Shown: in pieces, positions 9,987-20,543 of the stretch
Layout of the letters: every line of letters begins with the position of its first letter
Numbering within the stretch: position 1 is the first letter of the stretch
NCBI GenBank assembly: GCA_963847445.1
Contig: CAWJZV010000030.1
Coordinates: 128,001 to 192,000 of the forward strand
DNA: 64,000 bases
Source of the DNA: an uncultured delta proteobacterium
GTDB lineage: Bacteria > Desulfobacterota > Binatia > UBA9968
Direction of reading: 5' to 3'
The notes under the pieces: model-generated
The model's database searches: none
The model's input: the letters and a program-made list of their open reading frames with translations, nothing else
Told to the model about the DNA's origin: nothing
Program-made: the position numbers and the translations under genes

Positions 9987-11191
9987 ATGTCGACGATCTT
10001 TCGTCCTTACAATTCGTCGTCGGGTCAACGCAGCGACCGCAGCGCCGGCGACCGCTTGCGCCACCGGCAAAAAGTGCGCGAAGCGATCCGCAACAATATC
10101 GCCGATATCATCGCCGAGGAATCGATTATCGGCAAAGACCACAACCGCATCATTAAAGTTCCCATCCGCGGCGTCAAAGAGTATCGATTCATTTACGGCG
10201 ACAACGCTCCCGGCGTCGGTCAAGGCGGCGACGGCGAACCCAAGCCAGGCGATGTGGTCGGCCAAGGCGACGAGGGCAAAGCCGGACAACAGGCGGGCAA
10301 CCGTCCCGGCGTCGACTACTACGAGACCGATGTCAGTCTCGACGAGCTGATCGATCTCATGTTCGAGGATCTCGAACTGCCCGACCTGGAACGCAAGCGA
10401 CTGCGCAAGATCGAGTTCGAACGGCTAATTCAAGCAGAAAGGGTTTTCGCCGCAAAGGCATCCGCGTTCGGCTCGACAAAAAACGCACGGCCAAATCGCG
10501 CATCAAGCGCAAAAAGGCGACCCAGCGAAACCAGTCGTCGGCTGCTCAGGCGAGCGTGGCTTGGTTCATCTGCAGCGCTTCCCCTTTCACAAAGACGACC
10601 TGCGCTACCATCACACGGTGACCGACACCCGCGAGGAGTCCAACGCCGTGGTTTTGTGCATCATGGACACTTCGGGCTCCATGGACACCATGAAGAAATA
10701 TCTGGCGCGCAGTTTCTTCTTTCTGCTCTATCAATTTATCTCGACTCGCTATCAGAACGTCGAGATCGTCTTCATCGCGCACCACACCGAGGCCCAGGAG
10801 GTCACCGAAGACGAGTTTTTTCACAAGGGCGAATCCGGCGGCACCATGATCTCGTCCGGCTACAACAAGGCGCTGGAGATCATCGAGCAGCGCTACCACC
10901 CGGCGCTGTGGAACGTTTACGTCTTTCACTGCTCCGACGGCGACAATTTCGAGTCCGACAATCCAGCGACGCTCAAAGCCGCCCAAGAGCTCGCCCAGGC
11001 CGCCAATCTGTTCGGTTATGGCGAAATCAAACCGCTCGGGTACCGGTTACTACGGCAGCAGCTTGATCAGCTTTTTTGCGCAGATCCAGGAACCGAATTT
11101 TCTCACGGTGCAGATTCAAAAAAAAGAAGATATTTGGAGTTCGTTCAAAACATTTCTGACCAAAGACCGCGCCCGAGAAGACGCCGCCTGA
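9987..11191 (+). CDS. yeaH: YeaH/YhbH (DUF444, vWA-like) protein (multiple frameshifts)
   Basis: DRSAGDRLRHRQKVREAI, LFEDLELPDL, CIMDTSGSM (MIDAS-like), HKGESGGT, HCSDGDN; lies between prkA and spoVR. Confidence 0.92.
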
Positions 11192-11202
11192 GGCTACGTC
11201 TA

Positions 11203-12639
11203 ATGTCCACCGACTTCACCCTCGACGATCTCGAGCGCTGGAACGAGCGCATTGTCGAACTGGTCCAACGCTTCGGCCTCGACCCCTATGATCAAGAGTT
11301 CGAGATTTGCGACCACGAGGACATGCTCTCCTACATGGTCTATTCCGGCATGCCGTCCCACTATCCGCATTGGTCCTACGGCAAAGGCTTCGAGAAGCTC
11401 AAGACGCTTTACGACTATGGCGTCAGCGGCCTGCCCTACGAAATGGTCATCAACTCCAATCCGTCGATCGCATACCTCATGCGCGACAATACTCTGGCCT
11501 TGCAGGTGCTCACCATCGCCCATGTCTACGGCCACAACGATTTTTTCAAGAACAATTTCACCTTTCGGTCGACCCGCGCGGAATTCACGATTGAGAACTT
11601 CAAGAGCCACGCCAACCGAGTGCGCCACTATGTCGAAGATCCGAGCATCGGCCTGGAACGAGTCGAGGCTGTTGTCGACGCCGCCCATGCGCTGTCGCTG
11701 CAATGCCGGCGCAATCTCGCCGTGCGCAAGCCCACTGCCGCCGAAGAACGGCAGCGCAAGATCGAAGAAGCCAAAGCGCCGGACGATCCGTTTCACGCGA
11801 TTCACCGCCGCCGCGAGACCGTCGAACCCGATCTGCAAAAAGTGCCGCTCTACCCGGATCAAGACTTGCTGCTGTTCATCCGCGATCACAACCCGCTGCT
11901 CGCCGAATGGGAAAAGGATCTTTTGACCATCGTCCACGAAGAAGCCCAGTATTTTATTCCGCAGATCGAAACCAAGATCATGAACGAAGGCTGGGCGAGT
12001 TTCTGGCACAAACGCATTCTAGAAACCCTCGATTTGCCCCAGAGGGCTGCATCTGGAATTTCTCGTGCGCCACGCCCAGGTGCTGCGGCCCTCGCCGGGC
12101 AGCCTCAATCCCTACCATGTCGGTATGAAAGTTTGGGAGGATATCGAGAAACGCTGGAAGAATCCCAGCGCCGCCGATAATAAAAGAGTTCGGCCCGCGT
12201 AAAAAAACCGCCAATGAAAAACTTTTCGAAGTGCGCGAGGTCGAGCGCGACAGCTCGTTTCTGCGCCGTTATCTGACCGAGGATCTGATCCGCGAACTCA
12301 ATTTGTTCGAGTACAAAGCCCGCGGCAATGAACAGGTGGTCAGCCACGTCGCCGACGAAGACAACTGGCAGTACATCAAGGACACCCTGATCCGCAACGT
12401 CGGCACCGGCACGATCCCGGTCATCAAGGTCGTCGACTGCCGATTACCAGAACAACCGCACGCTGCTGCTCCAGCATGACCATGACGGCCGCGATCTCCA
12501 ACTGGAGTATGCCGAGAAAACTTTGCAATATGTCCAACAGCTCTGGGGCCGGGACGTCGCCATGGAAACCGTCCTCGACAATCATCGCACCCTGCTGACC
12601 TTCTCCGGCAACAAACTCGCCATCAGGAAATCGGCCTAG
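11203..12639 (+). CDS. spoVR: SpoVR/YcgB family protein (multiple frameshifts)
   Basis: GMPSHYPHWSYGK, LPYEMVINSNP, IAHVYGHNDFFKNN, FIPQIETKIMNEGWASFWH, LNPYHVG, HDHDGRDL. Confidence 0.93.
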
Positions 12640-12710
12640 CCCCGGTTTCCCATCGCCGGTTGCCAATAACCCGGCTGCGTGCGATTACTTGATGGCAGCG
12701 CACACCGGCC

Positions 12711-13821
12711 ATGGCACCGTTACTCAGCATCGCACAGATCCACCGGCATATCTCCAACCGCTTCGATGAAAGCGCCATCGGCAGTAAGCTCCTCGCCGGT
12801 ATCGTTGGCGACAGCCCATCGCACTATTCGAAAAGCCCAGCCCTGTGGAACGCTACGTTTCGCCATCTAGGGATGAACGCCGTCTATTTGCCTTTCGACG
12901 TCGCCGATGGCCGGGTCCGCGACTTGCTGCGGGTTCTGCGCGATGCCGAACAGTTCATCGGTGTCAACGTCACTGTGCCGCACAAAGTGCGCGTGATCGA
13001 TTTCCTCGACGACCTCGATGCCGGCGCGGCGCGGATTCACGCCGTCAATACGGTGGTACGCACCGCCAATGGCCGGCTGATCGGCTACAACACCGACGGC
13101 GCAGGATTTATCGATAGTCTGCTTCTGCCGACGCCCGAGGCGCCGGCAGGTTTCATGCGGTCGCTGGATGGCATCGATGTGCTGCTCCTGGGCGCCGGCG
13201 GCTCGGCGCGCGCCGTGGCGTTTCACTTGAGCGATCATATCGGCAAGGGAAAACTGATTATCGCCAATCGCACGGTCGCCCATGCCCAGTCTCTGGCCGA
13301 TGAAATTAACCAACTCGGCCGCCAGGCGCTCGCCATTGACGAAGAGGCCATTGCCACTTGGGCGCCAAAGGCCGGACTGATTGTCAACTGCACCACCAAA
13401 GGCCAGGGCGGTGTACGCAAACTGAGCGATGGGATGGCGACGATGCTCGCTCCCTACTCCGCTCTCGCCCCGGCCGCATCCCCCGGTTCTCGCCGAAAAT
13501 CTCGGCGACCGCTTCGAGGCGCAATGGCGCGAGGCAGCGCGCAGCGACATCGAAGCGAACAATCGCAGGTCGGCAACCTTGGCCGCAGCGATCCCTCAAG
13601 AGACGCGCTTTTACGATCTGATTTATCATCCCGAAGAAAGCGTTTTTCTGCATCATGGCCGCATGTCCGGACACCGCACCATGAACGGCAAAAGCATGAT
13701 CGTCCGCCAGGCGGTCATCGCCTTCTGCAAACGCATCTGCCAACCGCAGCTCGCCCATTTGGGCAAGGACAACGACGCAACATTCAGCCAGGTTGCCGAG
13801 GTGATGTACCGCGCTTGGTAG
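12711..13821 (+). CDS. aroE: Shikimate dehydrogenase family protein (frameshift ~13490)
   Basis: YSKSPALWN, GVNVTVPHK, AVNT, GYNTDGAGF, LLGAGGSARA, IVNCT, YDLIYHP, NGKSMIVRQA. Confidence 0.9.
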
Positions 13822-13881
13822 CAGGTGTTAGGATCGTGCTTGACCGATTATAGCCGCTCTCCTCCGGTGCGTTGCCGTCTG

Positions 13882-14136
13882 ATGAATTCTTTCCTCGACA
13901 AGACTTGGGGCATCAAAAGCGCCGTGGTGCGCGAAGGTTTTTACAACGACATGGTCGAACTCTACAGCCGCACCGGCATCGTTCCTGATGAACTCATCAA
14001 CACCGTCGTCCGCTTTGTTCAAGAAACCCGCAAAGACCGTTTCAAGGTGACGAAACATCGTCACCGCCATCGCCGATATTACGAGACTGGTCCTTCGCGC
14101 GGAAAGCCAACGAGGAGTTCGAATTCACTCCGCTAG
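13882..14136 (+). CDS. Small hypothetical protein
   Basis: MNSFLDKTWGIKSAVVREGFYNDMVELYSRTG... with genome-like codon usage; the 3' end may be frameshifted. Confidence 0.45.
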   Translation: MNSFLDKTWGIKSAVVREGFYNDMVELYSRTGIVPDELINTVVRFVQETRKDRFKVTKHRHRHRRYYETGPSRGKPTRSSNSLR

Positions 14137-14139
14137 GCT

Positions 14140-14430
14140 CACGAGGCTACGAACACGAGAATTTAGATCATTTGGCTACTTGCAGGCTCTACCTGCGAGA
14201 ATTTCGTACTACACCGTGAAGGCACGAAGGAAATTCTCGAAGGGTTCGGATTCTTCGGGCGGGTTGCAAACCCGACCTTCGTACTACAACAGTTGACAAT
14301 ATGCCCTTGCGTTCTTCGCGGCATGTAATTTCGGTTGCGGCTGTGCCGCGCTAGTGTCCTGGTCCATAAAGACGTTTACGAATGCTCGGTACTTCCGCCT
14401 TTGAAAAGGGGGAACACGCAAGGGATCTTG
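14140..14430. repeat. Mosaic of decayed small palindromic/REP-like repeats
   Basis: gggcgggttgcaaacccgacc (variant of the 2754 palindrome); 11-bp direct repeat ttcgtactaca (14203, 14278); cacgaagg-type units; ctttgaaaagggg remnant. Confidence 0.45.
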
Positions 14431-14553
14431 ACAATCTATTTCGCCGAGCCAATTGCGCGCTTAGCGCCTTTTCGGGAGATATTCCGCAGTGCTTGGGCAT
14501 TGCATCGAGCTTTGGGCAGGACGCTAGCTCCTTGGTGATGAACAAGCGCGCAT

Positions 14554-16197
14554 TCAATCGCGCATTCTCGACGCGGCGATCTCGCGGCAGGTGACGAACT
14601 CCAACAGCGCCGCCTTGCCGCCGTCGGTAACCTTGCGGGCGCGCCCAAACGCCGACGCGATCTGATTCGGATCTTCGACTCGTTCCGACCAGCCGCCCAG
14701 GGATTTCGCCAAGTCGGCGTAGTTGCCAAGGATATTCATGGTGCCGTAGCGCTCGTGCGACGCGTGCATGGCGTGGGTCTCGGCCGCCATGAAATTATTG
14801 TTGAGAACGACGGTCAAGATCGGGATGTTGTTGCGCACCGCGGTTTCGAAATCGAGGCCGGTCATGCCAAAGGCCGCGTCGCCCATGAAGTTGACGCAGA
14901 ACTTTTCCGGCGCCGCGAGCTTGGCGCCGATGATCAAACCGAGTCCGCCACCGAGGGCATGAGACTTACCCCAGCCGAGGTAGCTGCGCGGCACCGGCGC
15001 CTGGTAAAATGGCACCAATTGGTTGCGCGGACTGCCCGAGTCATGGGTGACGATGACCTCCTTGCGGTCGAATAGATTCATGAATTCCCACATGACCCGG
15101 TACGGTGTCATCGGTGTTTCACTGGAGGTGAGCTTGGGCAGCCACTCCTGCATCCAAGCTTCCTTGCCCTGCTTGATCTCCGCCGCGACACTGCCGTCGA
15201 CGTCGCGCTTCTTGCCGCCCAACAAATCCTTGGCCGCTTCGACAAACTGCTGCAGAACCAACTTGGCGTCGCCGAGAATCGGATAATCCGCGGCGTACTG
15301 CTTGTTGATATCGCGCTCGTCATTGGTCGCGTGAATGATCACCTTGCCCGGCGGAATTGCCGCCGCGGTAATGTTATGTTTGGTCAGGCTCGTGCCAATG
15401 GCCAGGATCACATCGGCCTTTTGCAAGAAAGTGTGCACCGGCCGCGGCATCACCCCGGCGCCGGTGCCGAGTGAAAGCGGGTGGTGTTCGGGAAACGCGC
15501 TCTTGCCTTCCAGCGGCGTCGACACCGGTATTTGCAGGAGCTCGGCAAGCTCGAGCAATTCATCCGTCGCTTCGGCGTATAACACGCCCTGCCCGGCGAC
15601 GATCATCGGGCTGTTGGCTTGCAACAATACTTTGGCGGCCTCGGCCACGTCGCGCACATTGGCGCCGCTGGTGGTGCGCTTCACCGCCGTGTAGTTGACC
15701 GCGCCGGGAAACTCTTCCACCGCGATGTCGCCGGGAATTTCCACCATCACCGGTCCCGGACGGCCCATCTTTAAATAGCTGAAGGCGCGCCGCATGACAT
15801 CGGCAACTTGGTCCGCCGCGGTGAGTTCTTCGACCCACTTGGTGATCGGCGCATAGGATTGCACCGAGCGGAAAAAATGAAACACCTGGGAGGAATTGCG
15901 CGGATGGCCGACCGGCAGACAGAGCATCGGCACGGAGTCGGAATAAGCCGTCGCCACGCCGGAAAAGGCGTTTTCCGCGCCCGGCCCGGCTTGCATGGTA
16001 AACACGCCGATGCGCCGGCCGTTGGTGACACGGGTAAAGCCGTCGGCGATACCGACGCCGACGCGCTCCTGCCGGCACACGATCGGCCGGATTCCCGCCG
16101 TCGCCGCCGCTTCGATCAGCGGATTGGTCGGATAGCAACTCAAGAACTCCACGCCCTCGCGCTTGAGGATTTCACAAATCGCATCGACGACTTTCAT
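14554..16197 (-). CDS. Thiamine pyrophosphate-requiring enzyme (acetolactate synthase large subunit-like)
   Basis: CRQERVGVGIADG, GPGAEN, GRPGPV, and TPP motif GDAAFGM...LNN; GGAGG RBS before MKVVDAIC. Confidence 0.92.
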   Translation of the reverse strand: MKVVDAICEILKREGVEFLSCYPTNPLIEAAATAGIRPIVCRQERVGVGIADGFTRVTNGRRIGVFTMQAGPGAENAFSGVATAYSDSVPMLCLPVGHPRNSSQVFHFFRSVQSYAPITKWVEELTAADQVADVMRRAFSYLKMGRPGPVMVEIPGDIAVEEFPGAVNYTAVKRTTSGANVRDVAEAAKVLLQANSPMIVAGQGVLYAEATDELLELAELLQIPVSTPLEGKSAFPEHHPLSLGTGAGVMPRPVHTFLQKADVILAIGTSLTKHNITAAAIPPGKVIIHATNDERDINKQYAADYPILGDAKLVLQQFVEAAKDLLGGKKRDVDGSVAAEIKQGKEAWMQEWLPKLTSSETPMTPYRVMWEFMNLFDRKEVIVTHDSGSPRNQLVPFYQAPVPRSYLGWGKSHALGGGLGLIIGAKLAAPEKFCVNFMGDAAFGMTGLDFETAVRNNIPILTVVLNNNFMAAETHAMHASHERYGTMNILGNYADLAKSLGGWSERVEDPNQIASAFGRARKVTDGGKAALLEFVTCREIAASRMRD

Positions 16198-16406
16198 AGG
16201 GCCTCCAAGAATAGGAATTCGCCCAAGCTTGGACCAAGCCTGAGCGGAGCCGACCCAAAGTCTCATAGCACCAAACCCCGGACCGCGCTACGAGAAAATC
16301 GCCGCGATAACCCAGCGGCCTGTACATCTCAGGACCGAATGATTGCGGCTTCAGCTAAGACCAACCGATTGACGAAAGCGTAATTTGAGCTGTTAGACAC
16401 TGTGCG

Positions 16407-16881
16407 TCAGTGCTTATGTCCGTCGGCTTTGAGCGAAGTCAGATAGGCGGTGAGATCGGCAATCTGGCGCACCGTGAAGGTGTCGTTGTACTCCGGCATC
16501 TTGGATTTGCCGTCTGCACCGACATAGCCATTTTGCTTGGCATCGTCATCGATCACCGCGTTGGGAATGATAATCGACTCGGCAAAGAACTCCAGTGGAT
16601 GCAAGCCGGCCATCTGCGCCAACTCAGGCCCGACATCGCCCTTGTCTTTGACCACCGCGGGGAAAGTTTCGCCTTTGATCTCATGGCACTTATGACACTC
16701 AGCCTCGACGAATAGTTTCCGTCCTTCGGCAGCATTGCCCGCCGGCCAAGTAAACTTCCAATCCTTTGGCGTGCCATGACTATGCGCTGCTACCTGCGAT
16801 GTCTGCGCCGGCCTTTCCCCCTGTTTACAAGCAGAAGGGGCTAGGGTTTAGAAAAAGCAAAACCAACCAAAGTTGCCACAT
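16407..16881 (-). CDS. Monohaem c-type cytochrome, probable lipoprotein (frameshift in signal region ~16845)
   Basis: Reconstructed MWQLWLVLLFL-TLAPSAC-KQGE...WKFTWPAGNAAEGRKLFVEAECHKCHEIKGE...GPEL...SKMPEY; CxxCH and distal Met; AAGGAGG RBS. Confidence 0.82.
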
Positions 16882-16899
16882 CGGCTTCGCCCTCCTTCG

Positions 16900-17271
16900 C
16901 TAGTGTTGGTGCGCATCCTTCGTCGATTGGCTTTTTTCATCCTTGCTCTCTTGCGTTTGAGTCTTCACGGCTTTATCGCTCATTTTTTCAGCCATCTTTT
17001 CTTGCATCGCTTTCATCGTTTCCATCTTGGCCTTCATGTCGCCTTTCATCTCGCTTTTCATCGGCATGCCGGCCTTCATGTCGCCCATTTTCTCCATGCC
17101 CTCGCAGCACTTCATGCCTTCGGCTTTCACCGGCTCGGCGGCGTTCTTATTAGACACTGTTTTCCCTGCTTGGTGCTCTTCATGCTTCTGCTCTTGCGCT
17201 TTGACCTCGGCGAGCATCACCGACCCAGTCAAGGCGCCACACAAAGTTAGAACGCTAAGATGTTTTTTCAT
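16900..17271 (-). CDS. Met-rich periplasmic protein, putative Cu(I)/Ag(I) binder
   Basis: Signal peptide (VKA|QE); MKCCEGMEKMGDMKAGMPMKSEMKGDMKAKMETMKAMQEKM; His-rich ends; directly downstream of cusA. Confidence 0.75.
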   Translation of the reverse strand: MKKHLSVLTLCGALTGSVMLAEVKAQEQKHEEHQAGKTVSNKNAAEPVKAEGMKCCEGMEKMGDMKAGMPMKSEMKGDMKAKMETMKAMQEKMAEKMSDKAVKTQTQESKDEKSQSTKDAHQH

Positions 17272-17335
17272 TGCTATCCCCTTTTGGTTTGAATGTCAGC
17301 TCACCTGACGCCACGCTTCGCACAACTTCGGCTGG

Positions 17336-20300
17336 TCATTGCGCGGTAACACGCTTCATGCGCCAGCCCCGCCAGATTTCGAAGATAGCCGGGTACACTA
17401 GGAGTTCAAGGAGAAACGAAGTGATGACTCCGCCAATCATCGGCGCGGCGATCCGCTTCATCACGTCGGCGCCGGCGCCGTGGCTCCACATGATCGGCAG
17501 CAAACCCATCAGAATCGCCATGATGGTCATCACTTTCGGCCGGATCCGCTTCACGGCGCCTTCGATGATCGCCTCCTTGAGGTCTTCGAGGTTTCGCATC
17601 CGGCCCTCCTTGCGCGCTTTTTCATAGGCGTGCTCCAGGTAGAGGAGCATGATCACGCCGGTTTCGGCGTCCACGCCGGCCAAGGCGATGATACCGACCC
17701 ACACGGCGACACTCATGTTGTAGCCGAGAAGATAAAGAAACCAGACCGCTCCGATCAGAGAGAAAGGAACCGCCAGGAGCACGAGTACGCACCTGGCCAC
17801 CGACTTAAAGTTGACGTACAGCAAGAGAAAAATAATCAGCAAAGTGAGCGGCACGACATAAATCAAGCGCTCTTTGGCGCGCTGCATGTACTCATACTGA
17901 CCGCTCCATACAAGAGTATATCCGACGGGGATCTTGACCTGCTCAGCAACCTTTTTTTGCGCCTCTTCGACGTAGCTGCCGATATCCCGGCCCGCCATGT
18001 CGACGAAAACATAACCGGCAAGTTGGCCGTCCTCGTCCCTGATCATGGCCGGACCAGACGCGAGTTTAACATCGGCCAGTTGTCCGAGCGGAATCTGCGC
18101 GCCGTTCATCGCCGGGATCAGCACTCGTTCCAACTTGCCCACGTCGTCCCGCAGCTCTCGAGCGTAGCGCACGTTGATCGGGTAGCGTTCGCGTCCCTCC
18201 ACGGTCGTCGATATGCTCTCTCCACCGATGGCGGACTCAATCACCATCTGAACCTCGTCAATCGCCAGCCCATAGCGGGCGATCTCTTCGCGCTTTAACT
18301 CAAAGTCGAGGTAATATCCGCTCATTACCCTTTCCGCATAGACCGAGCGGGTTCCCGTGATCATTTGCAGGTTTGCCTCGATGTTCTTGCCGATCTCCTC
18401 GATCTTGGCCAAGTCGGGGCCGAAGATTTTGATACCGATCGGAGTTCGAATGCCGGTGGAGAGCATGTCGATGCGGTTTTTGATCGGCATGGTCCAGGCG
18501 TTGACCACTCCGGTGAGCCGGAGCTTCTTGTCCATTTCGGCAACCAGCTCGTCCCATGTCAGCGCACGAGTGGGGCTCAAAATAAGTTCGCCAAGGTAGC
18601 GAAACGGTTGGGGCCAGTGCGACCGGTCGATGCGCACCTTGCGCCACTCCGATTCAGGCTTCAGCATCACTGTGGTCTCGCCCATGCTAAAGGGCGCCGG
18701 GTCCGTCGAGGTTTCCGCCCTGCCGGTCTTACCCAAGACCCACTCCACCTCAGGAAAGCTCTTCAAGATCCGATCCTGCATCTGCAGCAGCATGGTCGCC
18801 TGTGTGGCCGATATTCCGGGCAGAGTCGTCGGCATGTAATAGATCATGCCTTCGTTGAGGGGCGGCATGAACTCAGACCCCAAGCGCATGAAGGCGGGAA
18901 CTGTCAGGAGGAGCGCCAAAATCGCCAGAGCGATGGTGCTCTTTCTAAACCGCAGCACCAAATGAATCACCGGCATATAGAGTGCGATCAGAAAGCGGTT
19001 GACTGGATTTCTCGCTTCCGGGCGAATCCGGCCGCGGACGAGCAACACCAACAGTACGGGAGCGAGGGTGATGGACAGAAAAGCGGCAAAGAACATGGCG
19101 AAGGTTTTGGTAAAAGCCAGCGGTTTAAAAAGTCTTCCCTCCTGGCCCTCCAGCGTAAAGATCGGCAGAAAAGAGACCGTGATGATGAGCAGAGAAAAGA
19201 ACAGGGGTTTGCCAACTTCCTTGGCCGCTTCGATGAGCACCTCGGTCCGGTCACCGGGCCGTCCCTCCTCCTCCCACTGCTCGAGCTTTTTGTGGGCGTT
19301 CTCCACCATGATGATCGCAGCGTCGACCATGGCGCCGATGGCGATGGCAATGCCCCCCAACGACATGATGTTGGTGGTGAGATTGAGAAAGTGCATGGCG
19401 ATAAAAGAGCTGAGGATCGCGATCGGCAGCGTGATAATGACGACCAGGGCGCTCGGCAAATGGAAAAGAAAAACTATGATGACGACACTGACGATGAGAA
19501 TTTCTTCAATCAGTTTTTCCTTCAAAGTGGCGATCGATTTCAGGATCAGATCGGAACGGTCATAGGCGGTGACGATCTTTACGCCGGGCGGCAAGAGACG
19601 GCTCGATCTCTTTGATTTTTGCCTTCACGCGTTCGATCAAATTGAGCGCGTTCTCGCCGTAGCGCATGACCACGATGCCGCTGACGACCTCTCCTTCGCC
19701 GTTGAGCTCGGCGATGCCGCGCCGCATATCCGGCCCCAGAGCGACCTGGCCGATATCGCGCACCAGGATCGGCGTGCCATGTTCGCCGCCCACGGCGATC
19801 ATTTCGATGTCTTTGATCGACTTGATATAGCCGCGCCCGCGCACCATATACTCCGCGCCGCTCAGTTCGACCGATCGGCCGCCGACATCGTTGTTGCTCA
19901 TGCGGATGGCGTCTACGACACTCTTGACTGGGAGGCGATAGGCCGAGAGTTTGTTGGGATCCAAGTTCACCTGATACTGGCGCACGAATCCGCCCAGACT
20001 CGCGACCTCCGCAACGCCTTCGACGGCGCCGATTTGATAGCGCAGCGTCCAATCTTGCAGCGAGCGCAGTTGCGCCAGATCATGCTTGCCGCTCTTATCC
20101 ACCAGGGCGTACTGGAAGACCCAGCCGACCCCTGTGGCATCTGGCCCCAACGTGGGGGTGACTCCCGGGGGCAGCCTATTCTGCACCTGATTCATGTATT
20201 CGAGAACGCGGCTTCGCGCCCAATAAATGTCGGTGCCGTCTTCGAAGATGATGTACACATAAGAGAATCCGAAGTCGGAAAAGCCGCGCACGAACTTGAC

Positions 20301-20534
20301 CTTCGGCGCCGAAATCATGGCGGTCACGATCGGGTAAGTGACCTGGTCTTCCATGATGGTCGGGTTTCGTCCCATCCAGGTGGTGTAAACGATGACCTGG
20401 ACATCGGAGAGGTCGGGAACCGCGTCAAGAGGGGTATTCTTCAGCGCCCAGAGTCCCCCGGCGCTGAGAAAAAACACCATGAGAAAGATGAGAAACTTGT
20501 TTTTCGCGCTTGCTTCAATAATTTTTTCTATCAT
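17336..20534 (-). CDS. cusA: CusA/CzcA heavy-metal RND efflux transporter (frameshift ~19595)
   Basis: DAVPDLSDVQVI, LGPDATGVGWV, AIGAMVDAAIIMVEN, GSEFMPPLNEG, MKRIAAPMIGG. Confidence 0.96.
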
Positions 20535-20543
20535 CGCGCCATC

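Noticed and set aside
9711-12180. Apparent fused ORFs (451 and 539 aa) spanning prkA/yeaH/spoVR
   Set aside because: Artefacts of indels that join parts of adjacent genes; each gene has its own start and canonical termini.
16200-16400. tRNA or attachment site at the copper-island boundary
   Set aside because: No cloverleaf or T-loop motif, and no matching direct repeat found at the other end of the island.
19560-19600. Programmed frameshift or split cusA
   Set aside because: No slippery sequence seen; matches the window-wide indel error pattern.
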